This document shows positions 22,711 to 33,111 of a stretch of 37,683 bases of DNA, in pieces. Origin of the DNA: a virus; IMG/VR virus record IMGVR_UViG_3300029717_000023, positions 1 through 37,683 of that record, one strand, 5' to 3'. Position 1 is the stretch's first letter. Each line of letters begins with the position of its first letter. The translations under genes and the position numbers were made by a program. Below the pieces are notes generated by a model. That model was not told the DNA's origin, searched no databases, and saw only the letters and a program-made list of their open reading frames with translations.

Positions 22711-23889
22711 TTGGGACTATTCCAAAGATTGAAAAATGCGAGAAAGTCAGACAGATTCAAGATGGTGACAACGACAGGCAATTCGTACTACGCATGGGAC
22801 GGCAAACTGTACAACTCGGACATCATCCGAGCGTGCATTAAACCGCAGACCAAGGCGATAGGTAAAGCTGTAGCAAAGCATATAAGAAAGACCATTGATG
22901 AAGAGGGTAACAGAAAGATTGAAGTCAATCCGCAGCCGTATATGAGACTGCTTCTGGAAGATCCTAACCCATATATGACCGGTCAGATGCTTCAGGAAAA
23001 AATGTGTAATCAGCTCATCTTGTCGGGAAATGCCTTTATTCTGATAATCAGAGATGAAAACGGTTATCCGGTGGAACTATATCCGATTCCCTGCACCAAC
23101 GTTGAAACGAAGTATACTGACACAGGCAGGTTGTGGCTCAGGTTCTGGTATCAGAACGGCAAGTATGGAGATTTTCCGTATGAAGACGTGATCCACATCA
23201 GAGATGACTACAAGACGAATGACATATTCGGCGAAGCTCCGATGATTGCCCTAGAACCGCTGATGAAGTGCGTGACAACTATAGACCAGGGCATTATAAA
23301 AGCAATAAAGAACTCGGGAGCCGTTAGGTGGCTGCTGAAATTCAGCAATGCGTTAAGACCGGAAGACCTGAAAGAAAAGACAGCAGAATTTGCACAGAAC
23401 TATTTAGACATTGAGTCTGAAACTTTCGGAGTTGCCGGAACTGATGCCAAGGCAGAGGCGCAGAGAATTGAGGCGAAGGACTATGTTCCGAACGCAGCGC
23501 TCATAGACCGTATAACCAAGAGAATTTATGCATTCTTCGGAGTCAACGAGGCAATCGTACATTCTGAGTTCACAGAGGAAGAATGGAACGCATTTTATGA
23601 GGCAAGGTGTGAACCGGTCATAACTCAGATGTCTAGAGAATTTACAAAAAAGCTGTTCAGCCGCAAGCAGAGAGCTTTCGGAAATGAGATTGTGTTTGAA
23701 GCGTCAAATCTGATGTTCGCAAACACAAAGACAAAGCTTGAATTCGTGGCGATGGTTGACAGGGGCGCAATGACACCTAATGAATGGCGTTATCTGTTCA
23801 ATATGACACCGGTTGAGGGTGGCGATACACCTATAATGAGACTGGATACTGCAAAGATAGGAGGTGATGAAGGAAATGGAAACGGTTAA
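22711..23889 (+). CDS. Portal protein (HK97-family-like)
   Basis: TTG start after AAGGAGG. 392 aa. Sequence pattern and position after terL. Confidence 0.85.
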   Translation: MGLFQRLKNARKSDRFKMVTTTGNSYYAWDGKLYNSDIIRACIKPQTKAIGKAVAKHIRKTIDEEGNRKIEVNPQPYMRLLLEDPNPYMTGQMLQEKMCNQLILSGNAFILIIRDENGYPVELYPIPCTNVETKYTDTGRLWLRFWYQNGKYGDFPYEDVIHIRDDYKTNDIFGEAPMIALEPLMKCVTTIDQGIIKAIKNSGAVRWLLKFSNALRPEDLKEKTAEFAQNYLDIESETFGVAGTDAKAEAQRIEAKDYVPNAALIDRITKRIYAFFGVNEAIVHSEFTEEEWNAFYEARCEPVITQMSREFTKKLFSRKQRAFGNEIVFEASNLMFANTKTKLEFVAMVDRGAMTPNEWRYLFNMTPVEGGDTPIMRLDTAKIGGDEGNGNG

Positions 23890-24583
23890 AGTTACAGGCC
23901 CCATTGTTCCAAACAGCAGCAAGTGGATTTACGACTGGCTCGAGATAGAGGCGACAGCTCCTCAGGATTTGGAAAAAGCTTTCGAAAAAGCCGGGGGCGA
24001 AGATGTTACAATCTGGATTAATTCCGGAGGCGGTGATGTGGGTGCCGGTAATGAAATGGCATACATTATAGGCAGCTACAAAGGGAAGACAATAGCGGAC
24101 ATTGCCGGATACTGCTGCAGCGCTGCAACGCTTGTATCGTGTGCGGCTGATAAAGCTAGAATGATGCCCAGTGCGCTGTATATGATTCATAATGTCTCAT
24201 CATATGCGGAAGGCGATCATCAGGTATTCGGGCACGAGGCAAATGTTCTCAAGGCTGCCAGCGAAGCCATTGCGGAAGCCTACCACAGAAAAACAGGCAA
24301 GAGCATAAAGGAACTGGCAAAGCTTATGGACAATGAAACATGGCTGAATGCAAGGCAGGCAAAAGAAGAAGGTTTTATAGATGAGATCATAGAAAACAAA
24401 AATAACATGTCGCTCATTAATGGCATAGAGCCGATGCTGAGCGAGGAAACGATTGAAAAAATAAGGAGTCAGATTAAGCTTACCGTAATCCCTACAGAGG
24501 ATAAGGAGGCTTTTTTAAATGCAAAAAAGCAGGCCAAGGCAAAACTTGAACTGCTGAAAATGAAAGGAGAAATGAATGTTTAA
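23867..24583 (+). CDS. ClpP-like head maturation protease
   Basis: WINSGGGDVGAGNEMAYII...AGYCCSAATLVSCAADKARMMPSALYMIHN (Ser/His of the S14 family). Start ambiguous: GTG 23864, ATG 23867 or ATG 23876. Confidence 0.85.
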   Translation: MKEMETVKVTGPIVPNSSKWIYDWLEIEATAPQDLEKAFEKAGGEDVTIWINSGGGDVGAGNEMAYIIGSYKGKTIADIAGYCCSAATLVSCAADKARMMPSALYMIHNVSSYAEGDHQVFGHEANVLKAASEAIAEAYHRKTGKSIKELAKLMDNETWLNARQAKEEGFIDEIIENKNNMSLINGIEPMLSEETIEKIRSQIKLTVIPTEDKEAFLNAKKQAKAKLELLKMKGEMNV

Positions 24584-25793
24584 GAACAAAAAAGAGTATT
24601 TGGAGCTAAGAGCAGGACTTATAGCAGAGGCGCAGAGCCTTATTGACGAAGGCAAACTTGAAGAGGGCACAGCTAAAATGGACGAAGTAAAAGAACTCGA
24701 CAACAAATATGAATCATACGCAGAAATGCAGGCTAATCTCAATGCGCTTAACAATCTTCCGGCAGGCGGCGTGTTATCTGCGGCAATGGGCGCAGGGAAC
24801 CCGGAAAGACTTGTTCCGGAACTGACCGACGATATGTACGATACTGTTGAGTACAGAAGAGCATTTATGAACAATGTTGTAGGAGGCGAACCGATTCCTG
24901 CAAAATTCACAAATGCGGACGCAAACACAAAGACAACAGATGTAGGCTCAGTAATTCCGACAACCATCATGAACAGGATAGTTGAGAAGCTTGAGTCTGT
25001 GGGCAAAATCTACAACAAAGTAACAAAGACCTTCTATAAGGGTGGGTTAAGCATTCCGACATCTTCGGCAAAACCTACAGCTACATGGGTGGCAGAAGGC
25101 GCAGGATCGGATAAACAGAAGAAGCCTACAGGCTCAATAACGTTCGCATACTACAAGCTCAGATGCGCAATTTCAATGTCACTTGAAACTACAGTTGTAA
25201 CTCTTGACATCTTCGAAACAACTTTCGTAAACAATGTCGTTGAGGCGATGATTAAGGCAATCGAAAAATCAATATTCACAGGAACCGGTTCAACCGGCAA
25301 GCAGCCGACAGGCTTCCTTACAGAAACAGTAGTTACAGGCCAGAATATTGATATTGCTAAAACAGCAGCAATCAAATATGCGGATCTGTGCAAAATGGAA
25401 GCGGCACTGCCTGAGGAGTATGAGGTAGATGCAGAATGGTTTATGAGAAAGTCTACCTTCTTCAACCAGATTGTAGGAATGGTGGATACAGACGGTCAGC
25501 CTATAGCAAGAGTCAATTACGGACTTGCAGGCAAGCCTGAATATATGCTTTTCGGAAGGCCTGTAAACTTCACAAACCATATGGAAGCTTATGCCGACAC
25601 AGTTTCTGCTGACACAATCGTTGCCTGCATATTCAATCTTAAAGACTACCTGCTCAACATCAACCTTAATATGACGGTTAAGCAGTATGAGGATAACGAA
25701 ACAGACGATCAGGTAACAAAGGCAATTATGCTTGTGGATGGCAAGACTGTAGATAAGAACAGCCTTGTGACAATGACCAAGAAATCAGCCTAG
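24576..25793 (+). CDS. Major capsid protein, HK97 fold, with an N-terminal scaffold-like delta domain
   Basis: 405 aa. Coiled-coil N-terminus followed by the capsid core. SD AAAGGAGA. Confidence 0.9.
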   Translation: MFKNKKEYLELRAGLIAEAQSLIDEGKLEEGTAKMDEVKELDNKYESYAEMQANLNALNNLPAGGVLSAAMGAGNPERLVPELTDDMYDTVEYRRAFMNNVVGGEPIPAKFTNADANTKTTDVGSVIPTTIMNRIVEKLESVGKIYNKVTKTFYKGGLSIPTSSAKPTATWVAEGAGSDKQKKPTGSITFAYYKLRCAISMSLETTVVTLDIFETTFVNNVVEAMIKAIEKSIFTGTGSTGKQPTGFLTETVVTGQNIDIAKTAAIKYADLCKMEAALPEEYEVDAEWFMRKSTFFNQIVGMVDTDGQPIARVNYGLAGKPEYMLFGRPVNFTNHMEAYADTVSADTIVACIFNLKDYLLNINLNMTVKQYEDNETDDQVTKAIMLVDGKTVDKNSLVTMTKKSA

Positions 25794-25803
25794 GAGGTAA
25801 ATA

Positions 25804-26124
25804 ATGCTCACCCAGAAAATGAAAGACGAACTGCTTGAATATATCAAGGCAGACAGCGATGATGAAGAAGCGGAAGGGCTGTTTGAGGCAGCTGTGCGAC
25901 TGGCCGAAACTCAGACCGGCAAAGAATTCATAATTGAAGAGGACCAGCCAAAAGACCAGTTGTACTGGATGGCTATAAAACAGCTTGTCTGTCACTGGTA
26001 TGATAACCGCGGAGCGATAGACGAAAAAGCGGTGAACAAAATCCCGTATAATGCGGAAATGATTTTAAATCACATAAGCCTTTGCAGTCAGTTCCCGAAG
26101 AAAAGCGAGGAGGCCGGAATATGA
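25804..26124 (+). CDS. Head-tail connector (gp6/QLRG-like)
   Basis: Size, position and N-terminal pattern ...LLEYIKADSDDEEAEGLFEAAVRLAE. Confidence 0.6.
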   Translation: MLTQKMKDELLEYIKADSDDEEAEGLFEAAVRLAETQTGKEFIIEEDQPKDQLYWMAIKQLVCHWYDNRGAIDEKAVNKIPYNAEMILNHISLCSQFPKKSEEAGI

Positions 26125-26465
26125 ACATAGGTGAGCTTGACGAGAAGATATATATCTATGGTAATACAAAATCAAAGAACAGATTAGGCGAGACAGAGGT
26201 AAAGCCCATACTGATAAAAACGGTATGGGCTAAAGTTGTATCCAGGACAGGCTCACTTCTCGCAGGAAGGCCGGCAGATACAATGCTGTCAAAGACCACC
26301 CATGCAGTCACAGTGAGAGCTAAATCCATAGAGGGCATAACCTATGAGAACTGGATTGAATGGACCGACATCACGGGTGTAAAGCACAGATTTGACATAG
26401 ACTATATCATGCCGCCTGTACGAACCAGCCCGACCACGACCATATATGCTCAGGAGGTGATCTGA
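26121..26465 (+). CDS. Head closure / head-tail adaptor protein
   Basis: ATG 26121 after GAGGAGG (the track ORF starts at 26082). Pattern IGELDEKIYIY...VWAKV... is typical of the SPP1 gp16-like family. Confidence 0.6.
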   Translation: MNIGELDEKIYIYGNTKSKNRLGETEVKPILIKTVWAKVVSRTGSLLAGRPADTMLSKTTHAVTVRAKSIEGITYENWIEWTDITGVKHRFDIDYIMPPVRTSPTTTIYAQEVI

Positions 26466-26863
26466 TGAAGGAAGGCTTGACGGATATCGCAAGAAACATT
26501 GTAAGAACCGGTGTGATGTTCCCCAAGGAAACAAAAAAATTCATGAAAGAGCACGCCAGAGAGCTTGCCAAGGAAACAAAGGCCAAAGCAAGAGGAACGG
26601 TTCGCAAGAGGACGGGAAACCTGCTTAAAGGCATCAAAGCCGGCAAGATTGTGTATGAATTTGATGACACGTTGAACGTCAGAGTCATATACGGATCTCC
26701 TGCAAGGCATGGTCACCTTATCGAATACGGGCACAAAACAAGAACCGGCTTCGTCAGAGCGTATAACATAATGCGTGACACGCTGCAGGCATATGAGAAC
26801 AAATGGGCAAGGGCTGTTGAAGATGACCTGTGCGATTTCATAGTAAAGGAGCTTGAACGATGA
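26465..26863 (+). CDS. HK97 gp10-family tail-completion protein
   Basis: RTGNLLKGI....ARHGHLIEYGHK pattern. Confidence 0.6.
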   Translation: MKEGLTDIARNIVRTGVMFPKETKKFMKEHARELAKETKAKARGTVRKRTGNLLKGIKAGKIVYEFDDTLNVRVIYGSPARHGHLIEYGHKTRTGFVRAYNIMRDTLQAYENKWARAVEDDLCDFIVKELER

Positions 26864-27279
26864 AAACAGTAGCAGATTTGATTACAGCAGTAACTGCAAA
26901 GCTGACGGAAAAATTTCCGGACATAGATATCAGATCTACAGACCTTGATAAACACCCTGAGAAATGTTTCTATACAGAGTATACAGTAAATCGTGACGGC
27001 ACACCCGACTTCGTGCACGATTCGGGCAGAATAACTCTGTTTTACTTTCCTGAGAATAAAAAAGTGAACAGGGTGGAGCTTGTTGACATGCAGGCAAAGC
27101 TTTCGCAGGTGTTTGTTTACAGTCTTGCTCTGGATGACAACTTTGCGGTACCGGTTGTAAATCTGGACTTCACACTAGAAGACGACGTGCTTGTAATGGA
27201 GTTTGATTTTGAAATGCATCAATTCGTTGACAACGACAAAGATGCTGCCGAGATGGAATATATCGAAGTGCAGGAATAG
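26860..27279 (+). CDS. Structural protein, tail terminator/completion by position
   Basis: ORF between the gp10-like and sheath genes. ATGA overlap. Confidence 0.35.
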   Translation: MKTVADLITAVTAKLTEKFPDIDIRSTDLDKHPEKCFYTEYTVNRDGTPDFVHDSGRITLFYFPENKKVNRVELVDMQAKLSQVFVYSLALDDNFAVPVVNLDFTLEDDVLVMEFDFEMHQFVDNDKDAAEMEYIEVQE

Positions 27280-27288
27280 GAGGTAAGA

Positions 27289-28332
27289 ATGGGCAGACCC
27301 AATATAGTAGTTAATTTCCTGACCGCAGCCAAGACGGCGATCACAAGGTCAGAAAGAGGCATAGTAGCGTTGGTTGTGACGGACGCTACCAAGACAGGAA
27401 TACTGACGACATACAAAAGCGTCACAGAGGTTAAAAGCAGTGATTGGACGGCGGAGAACTACCAGATAATCAAAGATACATTCATGGACGGAGCAAGCTG
27501 CGTCTACGTTGTAAGAGCGGCAGATTTTTCTGATGCTACAGCGACACTTGACGCGCTAAAAATAAACTGGCTTGCGCACATCGACTCAACACAGACTGAC
27601 ATTGTAGAATACGTCAAAACGAGAAACGAAGGCGCTGCATCAGCAAAGATTAAGGCGGTGGTATACTCCGCATCAGCGCCGGACGATGACCACATCGTTA
27701 ATTTTGCAAACACAAAGGTAAAAAGAACAGACGGTACAGAAGTAGACGGATACAAATACCTTGGAAGAATAGCAGGAATGCTCGCAGCACTTCCGCTGAA
27801 TAAGTCAGCGACATATTATACGTTCACAGACCTTGAAAGCGTGACAGACGTCGACAAAATAGATGAAGCTGTTGATTCAGGCAAATTCGTGTTGTTCAAC
27901 GATTACGGCAAGGTAAGATGCGCAAGAGCTGTCAACTCGTCAACAACAGCCACAAAAGCAGACCTGAAAAAAATCACAATCATCGAAGGAATGGACCTTG
28001 TAAGAGAGGATATAATCGAAACTTTCAAAAACGACTACGTGGGCAAATACAAAAACACACTGGACAATCAGACTGTATTCATCGCTGCAGTGAACACATA
28101 CCTGAGACAGCTTGCATCAGAAGGGGTGTTGTCGCCTGACTATGAGAACAAAGCAGAAATTGACATTGAAACGCAAAGATCAGCGTTAATCAGCGCAAGC
28201 GTCAAAGGCGCAGAGGACTTCGATGATACAGCAGTCAAGAATCACCCGTACAGCTCGTTCGTATATGTGCTGGCAGATGTGCTGTTCGTAGACGCTATTG
28301 AAGATTTGCAGTTCAACTGCTACATGAACTAG
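27289..28332 (+). CDS. Tail sheath protein (XkdK-like)
   Basis: N-terminus VVNFLTAAKTAITRSERGIVALVVTD. Followed by tube and chaperone genes. Confidence 0.7.
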   Translation: MGRPNIVVNFLTAAKTAITRSERGIVALVVTDATKTGILTTYKSVTEVKSSDWTAENYQIIKDTFMDGASCVYVVRAADFSDATATLDALKINWLAHIDSTQTDIVEYVKTRNEGAASAKIKAVVYSASAPDDDHIVNFANTKVKRTDGTEVDGYKYLGRIAGMLAALPLNKSATYYTFTDLESVTDVDKIDEAVDSGKFVLFNDYGKVRCARAVNSSTTATKADLKKITIIEGMDLVREDIIETFKNDYVGKYKNTLDNQTVFIAAVNTYLRQLASEGVLSPDYENKAEIDIETQRSALISASVKGAEDFDDTAVKNHPYSSFVYVLADVLFVDAIEDLQFNCYMN

Positions 28333-28342
28333 GAGGTAATCA

Positions 28343-28786
28343 ATGAAAGTCAACAAAGCAAAAATGAGCGCCAATGACACCATTAACGGCACTTTCGGCT
28401 CGCTCTGGATGAATGGAATTAAGTTTGCTAATGTCAAGTCGTTCGAAAGCAAACTGAACTTCAACTATGAGTCGGTAGACATAGCAGAAGATGCGGGAGA
28501 GCATCAGAGATATATGGGATATGCCGGAGAAGGTACAATGACCTTTAACAAGGTGGACAGCACAGTTCTGGATATGCTCATAGAGGACATTAAGGCCGGC
28601 AGGTTCCCGGAAGTAATCCTCATTGGAAAACTGCAGGACTCAACAGGAACTCAGGCGGAGCGTATACAGTACAACGAGGTTACATTTGACTCAATCACAC
28701 TTCAGAAGTTTGAACAGAAGAAACTGGTTGAAGAAGAAATACCGTTCAAGTTTGCATCGCTCGACGTGCTCGACAAAATATCGTAG
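28343..28786 (+). CDS. Tail tube protein (XkdM-like)
   Basis: INGTFGSLWMNG...YAGEGTMTFNKVDS pattern. 147 aa. Confidence 0.7.
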   Translation: MKVNKAKMSANDTINGTFGSLWMNGIKFANVKSFESKLNFNYESVDIAEDAGEHQRYMGYAGEGTMTFNKVDSTVLDMLIEDIKAGRFPEVILIGKLQDSTGTQAERIQYNEVTFDSITLQKFEQKKLVEEEIPFKFASLDVLDKIS

Positions 28787-28797
28787 GAGGGAAACGC

Positions 28798-29175
28798 ATG
28801 AAAAAGAACATCGCCAAAGCAACAAAAGAAGCTCTGCTTGAAAGAGCATCAAATAAAAGTGACAAAACATATTCCGAATATACAAGCGAGGCTCTGGGTC
28901 TCGCTTTCACAGTTAAAAGGCTACCGATAAGCAGAGTGCTGCAAATCTCAGATATGGGCGAGGAGACAGCGCTAGGAGGCCTTGAGACAAGCAAGCAGCT
29001 TATATACGAGTCAATCCCGATGCTGCAGGACAAGGAGCTCCAGGCAGCATATAACTGCGTCGAACCGCACGACATAGTCCTCGCGGTGCTTGACGACAAT
29101 CTTGGCGAGGTAGAGAAGCTCGTCGAGTTCATCAACAGGCAGTATGGATTGACAATCGAAGATGTAAAAAACTAA
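28798..29175 (+). CDS. Tail assembly chaperone (XkdN-like), 0-frame product
   Basis: Lies directly before the tape measure gene and ends at the slippery site. Confidence 0.6.
   Translation: MKKNIAKATKEALLERASNKSDKTYSEYTSEALGLAFTVKRLPISRVLQISDMGEETALGGLETSKQLIYESIPMLQDKELQAAYNCVEPHDIVLAVLDDNLGEVEKLVEFINRQYGLTIEDVKN
29166..29172 (+). promoter_or_regulatory. -1 programmed frameshift slippery heptamer A_AAA_AAC
   Basis: Canonical X_XXY_YYZ in the 0 frame (gtA AAA AAC taa). The -1 frame stays open to 29321. Confidence 0.6.
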
Positions 29176-29321
29176 TGAAGCAGGATATAGAGGCTGCTCT
29201 GATAGGCTTCTATATCCTGCGAGGACATACGTTAGAAGAAATGCTGTCGCTGGGCACAACGGATAAGCTGATTTATGCGGCAGCTATGGAGCTGGAAGGG
29301 GAAATGATGAAAAATGGCTAA
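29175..29321 (+). CDS. Frameshift extension of the tail chaperone (G-T analogue)
   Basis: A 48-codon -1-frame ORF ending inside the tape measure start region. Has no independent SD. Confidence 0.5.
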   Translation: MKQDIEAALIGFYILRGHTLEEMLSLGTTDKLIYAAAMELEGEMMKNG

Positions 29322-30978
29322 AACCGCATATGTGCTACTGAAACTCAACCCCAAGGATTTCACAAAAGGATTAAAAACAGCAGAAAAAGGCACGAAACAA
29401 TTTGACAAAAATATAGCCCTGACCAAAAAACGAATAGGCACGCTGACAAATGCAGCGATGAAAGACCTGACCACATTCGGCAAACGAACCGCCAAGGTTC
29501 TCGGCGGTGCAGCTGCAGCCTTTGCAGGCGTGGCCATTGCAAAGGGCTGGTCGAGAATGACTCAGATTGATGAAGCAAAAGTCAAACTTGAAGCGATCGG
29601 CAACAGCTCCAAGAACGTTGCTAAAATAATGGATAACGCAATGGAATCTGTTAAGGGCACAGCCTATGGCATGAATGATGCCGCAACAACAGCTGCAAGT
29701 GCAGTCGCTGCCGGCATCAAGCCTGGGCAGGATCTGACCAAATATCTATCTACCGCAGCAGACGCGGCAGCTGTCGCAGGCGTAGACCTGCAGGAAATGG
29801 GCGCTATATTCAACAAAGTTGCCACAAAGAATAAAGCGACAAACGAAGTACTGACCCAGCTTGCAGAACGAGGGATACCCGTATATCAATATATAGCCGA
29901 CAGCATAGGCAAGACCACCGAAGAAGTCACCAACATGGCATCAAAGGGGCAGATAGATCTAAAGACATTCCAGACGGCTGTCGAAAGCCATATAGGAGGC
30001 GCCGCCAAGAGCATAGGAAGCAAGACGATTACAGGAGCCATCAAGAACATAGGAGCATCAATATCCCGAATTGGTGCGAACTTCCTCGGCTCTGCAGATG
30101 ACGGTAACAGCTTTGCTGCAAGGGTACTCCCGGCTCTCAACAGAATCACAGAGAACCTGGGCAAGGTAGAAGTCAAGGCCAAGGAGTGGGGCGCTAAATT
30201 CGGAACCACAGTAGGCAAGGCTCTGGACTGGATCACCACCCACATAGGTACGATCAGAAAAGCAATAAAGATAGCCATACCTATAGCAGCGGGCTTTTAT
30301 GCCACCATAATGGCATATGCAGCCATAACTAAGATAGTTGGAGTATTTAGAGCACTAAAATCAATTATCGATATGGTTAAGATTTCACAGATCGGATTGA
30401 ATGCGGTATTTATGGCAAACCCTATCTTTTGGATAGCCATGGCAATCGGAGTTCTTGTGGCTGCATTCATAGCTCTGTGGCAGCGGTCAGAAAAATTCAG
30501 AGCAATCTGTAAAAAAGTATGGGCCGTAATGAAAAAAGTCGGCGGATATATATGGAATTACCTTGTCGGGTATTTTAAGGTGCTGAAAACCGTAATCGAT
30601 GCAGTGCTCTGGCCAATCAAACAGGTAGCCAAAGGCTTGAAAAAGATATTTGGCTATAACGGCAAAACTGCCAACGTGACGGTCAAAGAAACTAGCACAG
30701 GAGGCAGCGGAGAGACCAAGCCGACAAAGAAACACAATGCCCTTGGCACATCATTCTTCTCAGGTGGTACAACAACAATCAACGAATTTGGCAAGGAGCA
30801 GATCAACCTGCCGTCTGGGACTGAGATTATACCGGCGGACAAGGTGGGGAAGAACAGCGGAACAAACATCATAGTGAACTGCACAATTCAGGGTAACGTC
30901 ATAGGCAACCAGGAATACATGGAACAGACAGGAAACTATATTGCTGCAAGAATAAAGTCAGCTCTTGCGAATTCATAG
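29314..30978 (+). CDS. Tail tape measure protein
   Basis: 554 aa. Ala/Gly-rich helical core with hydrophobic segments. Pattern ...GMNDAATTAASAVAAGIKPGQDL.... Confidence 0.9.
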   Translation: MAKTAYVLLKLNPKDFTKGLKTAEKGTKQFDKNIALTKKRIGTLTNAAMKDLTTFGKRTAKVLGGAAAAFAGVAIAKGWSRMTQIDEAKVKLEAIGNSSKNVAKIMDNAMESVKGTAYGMNDAATTAASAVAAGIKPGQDLTKYLSTAADAAAVAGVDLQEMGAIFNKVATKNKATNEVLTQLAERGIPVYQYIADSIGKTTEEVTNMASKGQIDLKTFQTAVESHIGGAAKSIGSKTITGAIKNIGASISRIGANFLGSADDGNSFAARVLPALNRITENLGKVEVKAKEWGAKFGTTVGKALDWITTHIGTIRKAIKIAIPIAAGFYATIMAYAAITKIVGVFRALKSIIDMVKISQIGLNAVFMANPIFWIAMAIGVLVAAFIALWQRSEKFRAICKKVWAVMKKVGGYIWNYLVGYFKVLKTVIDAVLWPIKQVAKGLKKIFGYNGKTANVTVKETSTGGSGETKPTKKHNALGTSFFSGGTTTINEFGKEQINLPSGTEIIPADKVGKNSGTNIIVNCTIQGNVIGNQEYMEQTGNYIAARIKSALANS

Positions 30979-30987
30979 GAGGCAGAT

Positions 30988-31404
30988 ATGAACATAACAG
31001 CTAGCATAGACAACAACAAAACAATAGTTAATATGCCATTCGTACCTGCAAGCGGGCTGACAATCGATTACGGATCATCCACAAACGAAAACGTGGACAG
31101 CGTTAAATACGGACAGATAAAAAAACTGGGGAAAGAACCGCTTGCAACAGTGAGCATCGACAGCTTCTTCCCAGCTTCCAAAACAGGTTATGACAGAGGA
31201 AGCTTTGAAGACCCATATAAGTATGTCCAGTTCTTCAGAAATGCCAGAAAAAAAAGAAAACCTGTAAGAATCGTAATAACGGACAACAACGACAGAGAAA
31301 TATTCAATAGACTCATGGCGATCGAGACTTTTTTGTGGACGATAGACAAAGTCGGAGGCATTGACTACAGCCTGAGCCTTGAGCAGTATAGAAAGGTGAA
31401 GTGA
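30988..31404 (+). CDS. XkdP-like tail/baseplate protein (no LysM seen)
   Basis: Position after the tape measure gene. Contains PVRIVITDNN. Confidence 0.45.
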   Translation: MNITASIDNNKTIVNMPFVPASGLTIDYGSSTNENVDSVKYGQIKKLGKEPLATVSIDSFFPASKTGYDRGSFEDPYKYVQFFRNARKKRKPVRIVITDNNDREIFNRLMAIETFLWTIDKVGGIDYSLSLEQYRKVK

Positions 31405-32372
31405 TGAAATTCAAAATCGTACGTGTGCACAACGGTGCAAAAGAAACGATAACCAAAAAAGTCGGAAGCCTGTCATGGACAGACAGCATGGACTCGCTGG
31501 GAGTTGAGTTTTCGTTCACCTTTCCGTACTCATACTGGGACTCGCAATTCAAGAATAAGCTGCAGCTTGGAGACCTTATTATCATCAAGTCAGGGAAAAA
31601 GGAGATCACAAGAGGAATTATAACTCAGACACCGATTAATGGAGATGATTATAGAGGTTACGATTATGCTTTTTATCTGAACAAGTCAGAAGCAATCTTC
31701 CAGTGCAAGAAGATAGGAGCGTCAAAAGCAATAACCCAGCTGCTTGCAAGGTATGGCGTGCCGATTGGTGAAATGCCAAAGCTCACAACGGCAATCAATA
31801 AGCTCTACAAGGACGTGGCAGTGTCTGAGATCATAAAGTCTATCCTGTCAGAGGTGCATGACGAAACGGGCAAGTCCTACAGAATGGAAATGACAAGAGG
31901 CAAGTTCTGCATCAGGCGTTCCGGTTATATCAAGATCAAACCAAAATATGTTGATGAGCTGGGAGAAAAGGTGTCCTGCACCAAAGCATGCTCAGTTACA
32001 GGCACAAGGTCAATTGAGGACATGCGCAACCAGATTATAATTGCAGGAACGGGCGACAAAAAAGCGCAGATTAAGGCAACGGTCAAAGACTCCAAGAGTA
32101 TTAAGAAATACGGACTGCTGTCGCAGGTTGAAACTGTAGAAAAAACAAATCAGGCAAAAGCGAAACAGAAGGGCAAAAACCTTTTAAAGAAGCTCAACAA
32201 AAAGACGGTATCATTCACCTGCGAGATGCCGGGGAGCACAATAATAAGGGCTGGAAGAAAAATATATTTCAACAGACCCGAAGCAGGAATAAAAGGCTGG
32301 TACAAGGTGAAGTCAGCTACGCACAACGTAACAGAAGGAAAATATACAGTAAGTCTGGAAATGGAGGCATAG
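31404..32372 (+). CDS. XkdQ-like baseplate hub protein
   Basis: Size and synteny. TGATG overlap. Confidence 0.5.
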   Translation: MKFKIVRVHNGAKETITKKVGSLSWTDSMDSLGVEFSFTFPYSYWDSQFKNKLQLGDLIIIKSGKKEITRGIITQTPINGDDYRGYDYAFYLNKSEAIFQCKKIGASKAITQLLARYGVPIGEMPKLTTAINKLYKDVAVSEIIKSILSEVHDETGKSYRMEMTRGKFCIRRSGYIKIKPKYVDELGEKVSCTKACSVTGTRSIEDMRNQIIIAGTGDKKAQIKATVKDSKSIKKYGLLSQVETVEKTNQAKAKQKGKNLLKKLNKKTVSFTCEMPGSTIIRAGRKIYFNRPEAGIKGWYKVKSATHNVTEGKYTVSLEMEA

Positions 32373-32375
32373 GAT

Positions 32376-32654
32376 ATGTGGAACGAGGAAATTGCGAAAG
32401 CCATAAAAGAAAATGCCCGTTCGGCCAGAATAAAAGCAGTAGGCGAGGCATCCGGATCTATCGGAGTGATAGAACAGGTCTCGCCTTTAATCATATCTGC
32501 GGAGGCAGGCGCTGTAATGTATGAAGACGACCTTATAATCAAATCTGAAACTTTTGCGAGGTATACAAAACCGAAACTGGCCAAAGGAAAAGAAGTAATC
32601 ATAGTACCGATAGACAGCGCAACAACAATCGCTGTAATAGATCTAGTGGGGTGA
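32376..32654 (+). CDS. DUF2577/XkdR-like baseplate protein
   Basis: GVIEQVSPLIISAEAGAVMYEDDLII pattern. Confidence 0.55.
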   Translation: MWNEEIAKAIKENARSARIKAVGEASGSIGVIEQVSPLIISAEAGAVMYEDDLIIKSETFARYTKPKLAKGKEVIIVPIDSATTIAVIDLVG

Positions 32655-32658
32655 TAGT

Positions 32659-33111
32659 ATGGATGATATGTTCCCGGAAATCGATATGGAAATTGAAGAA
32701 GAGGAAGATGTTGAAGAGGAAGAAACCCTGCAGTCTACGACTATAGGGAGAACTCCTCTTTTCAATTTTTCTACCGGAAAATATGAAATCAAAGACGGAA
32801 AAATAATTGAATGTACACAGGAAGAAGCCGTAAGGCAATGGGTAGGATTCCTCGTCAAAACCTTTGTGGGAAAGTACAGAGTTTACGATAACACAGACTT
32901 CGGCACTTATATAGAAAACTATATCGGAGAAAAAAACAGAGGTTTCGTACTGTCGGAGATTAAAAGAGAGCTCGAAGAAAAGGCAGAAGACAATAGAGCA
33001 ATCGAAGATATAACCGATATCGAAGGCAAGACGAAAGGCGACAAAATGACAATCAGCCTGACCATAGTAATGACAGACAAAACAGAAGTGGAGGTGGAAG
33101 TAGATGTCTAG
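32659..33111 (+). CDS. DUF2634/XkdS-like (gp25-like) baseplate wedge protein
   Basis: Acidic N-terminus, then FNFSTGKYEI...QWVGFLVKTFVGKYRVY. Confidence 0.55.
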   Translation: MDDMFPEIDMEIEEEEDVEEEETLQSTTIGRTPLFNFSTGKYEIKDGKIIECTQEEAVRQWVGFLVKTFVGKYRVYDNTDFGTYIENYIGEKNRGFVLSEIKRELEEKAEDNRAIEDITDIEGKTKGDKMTISLTIVMTDKTEVEVEVDV

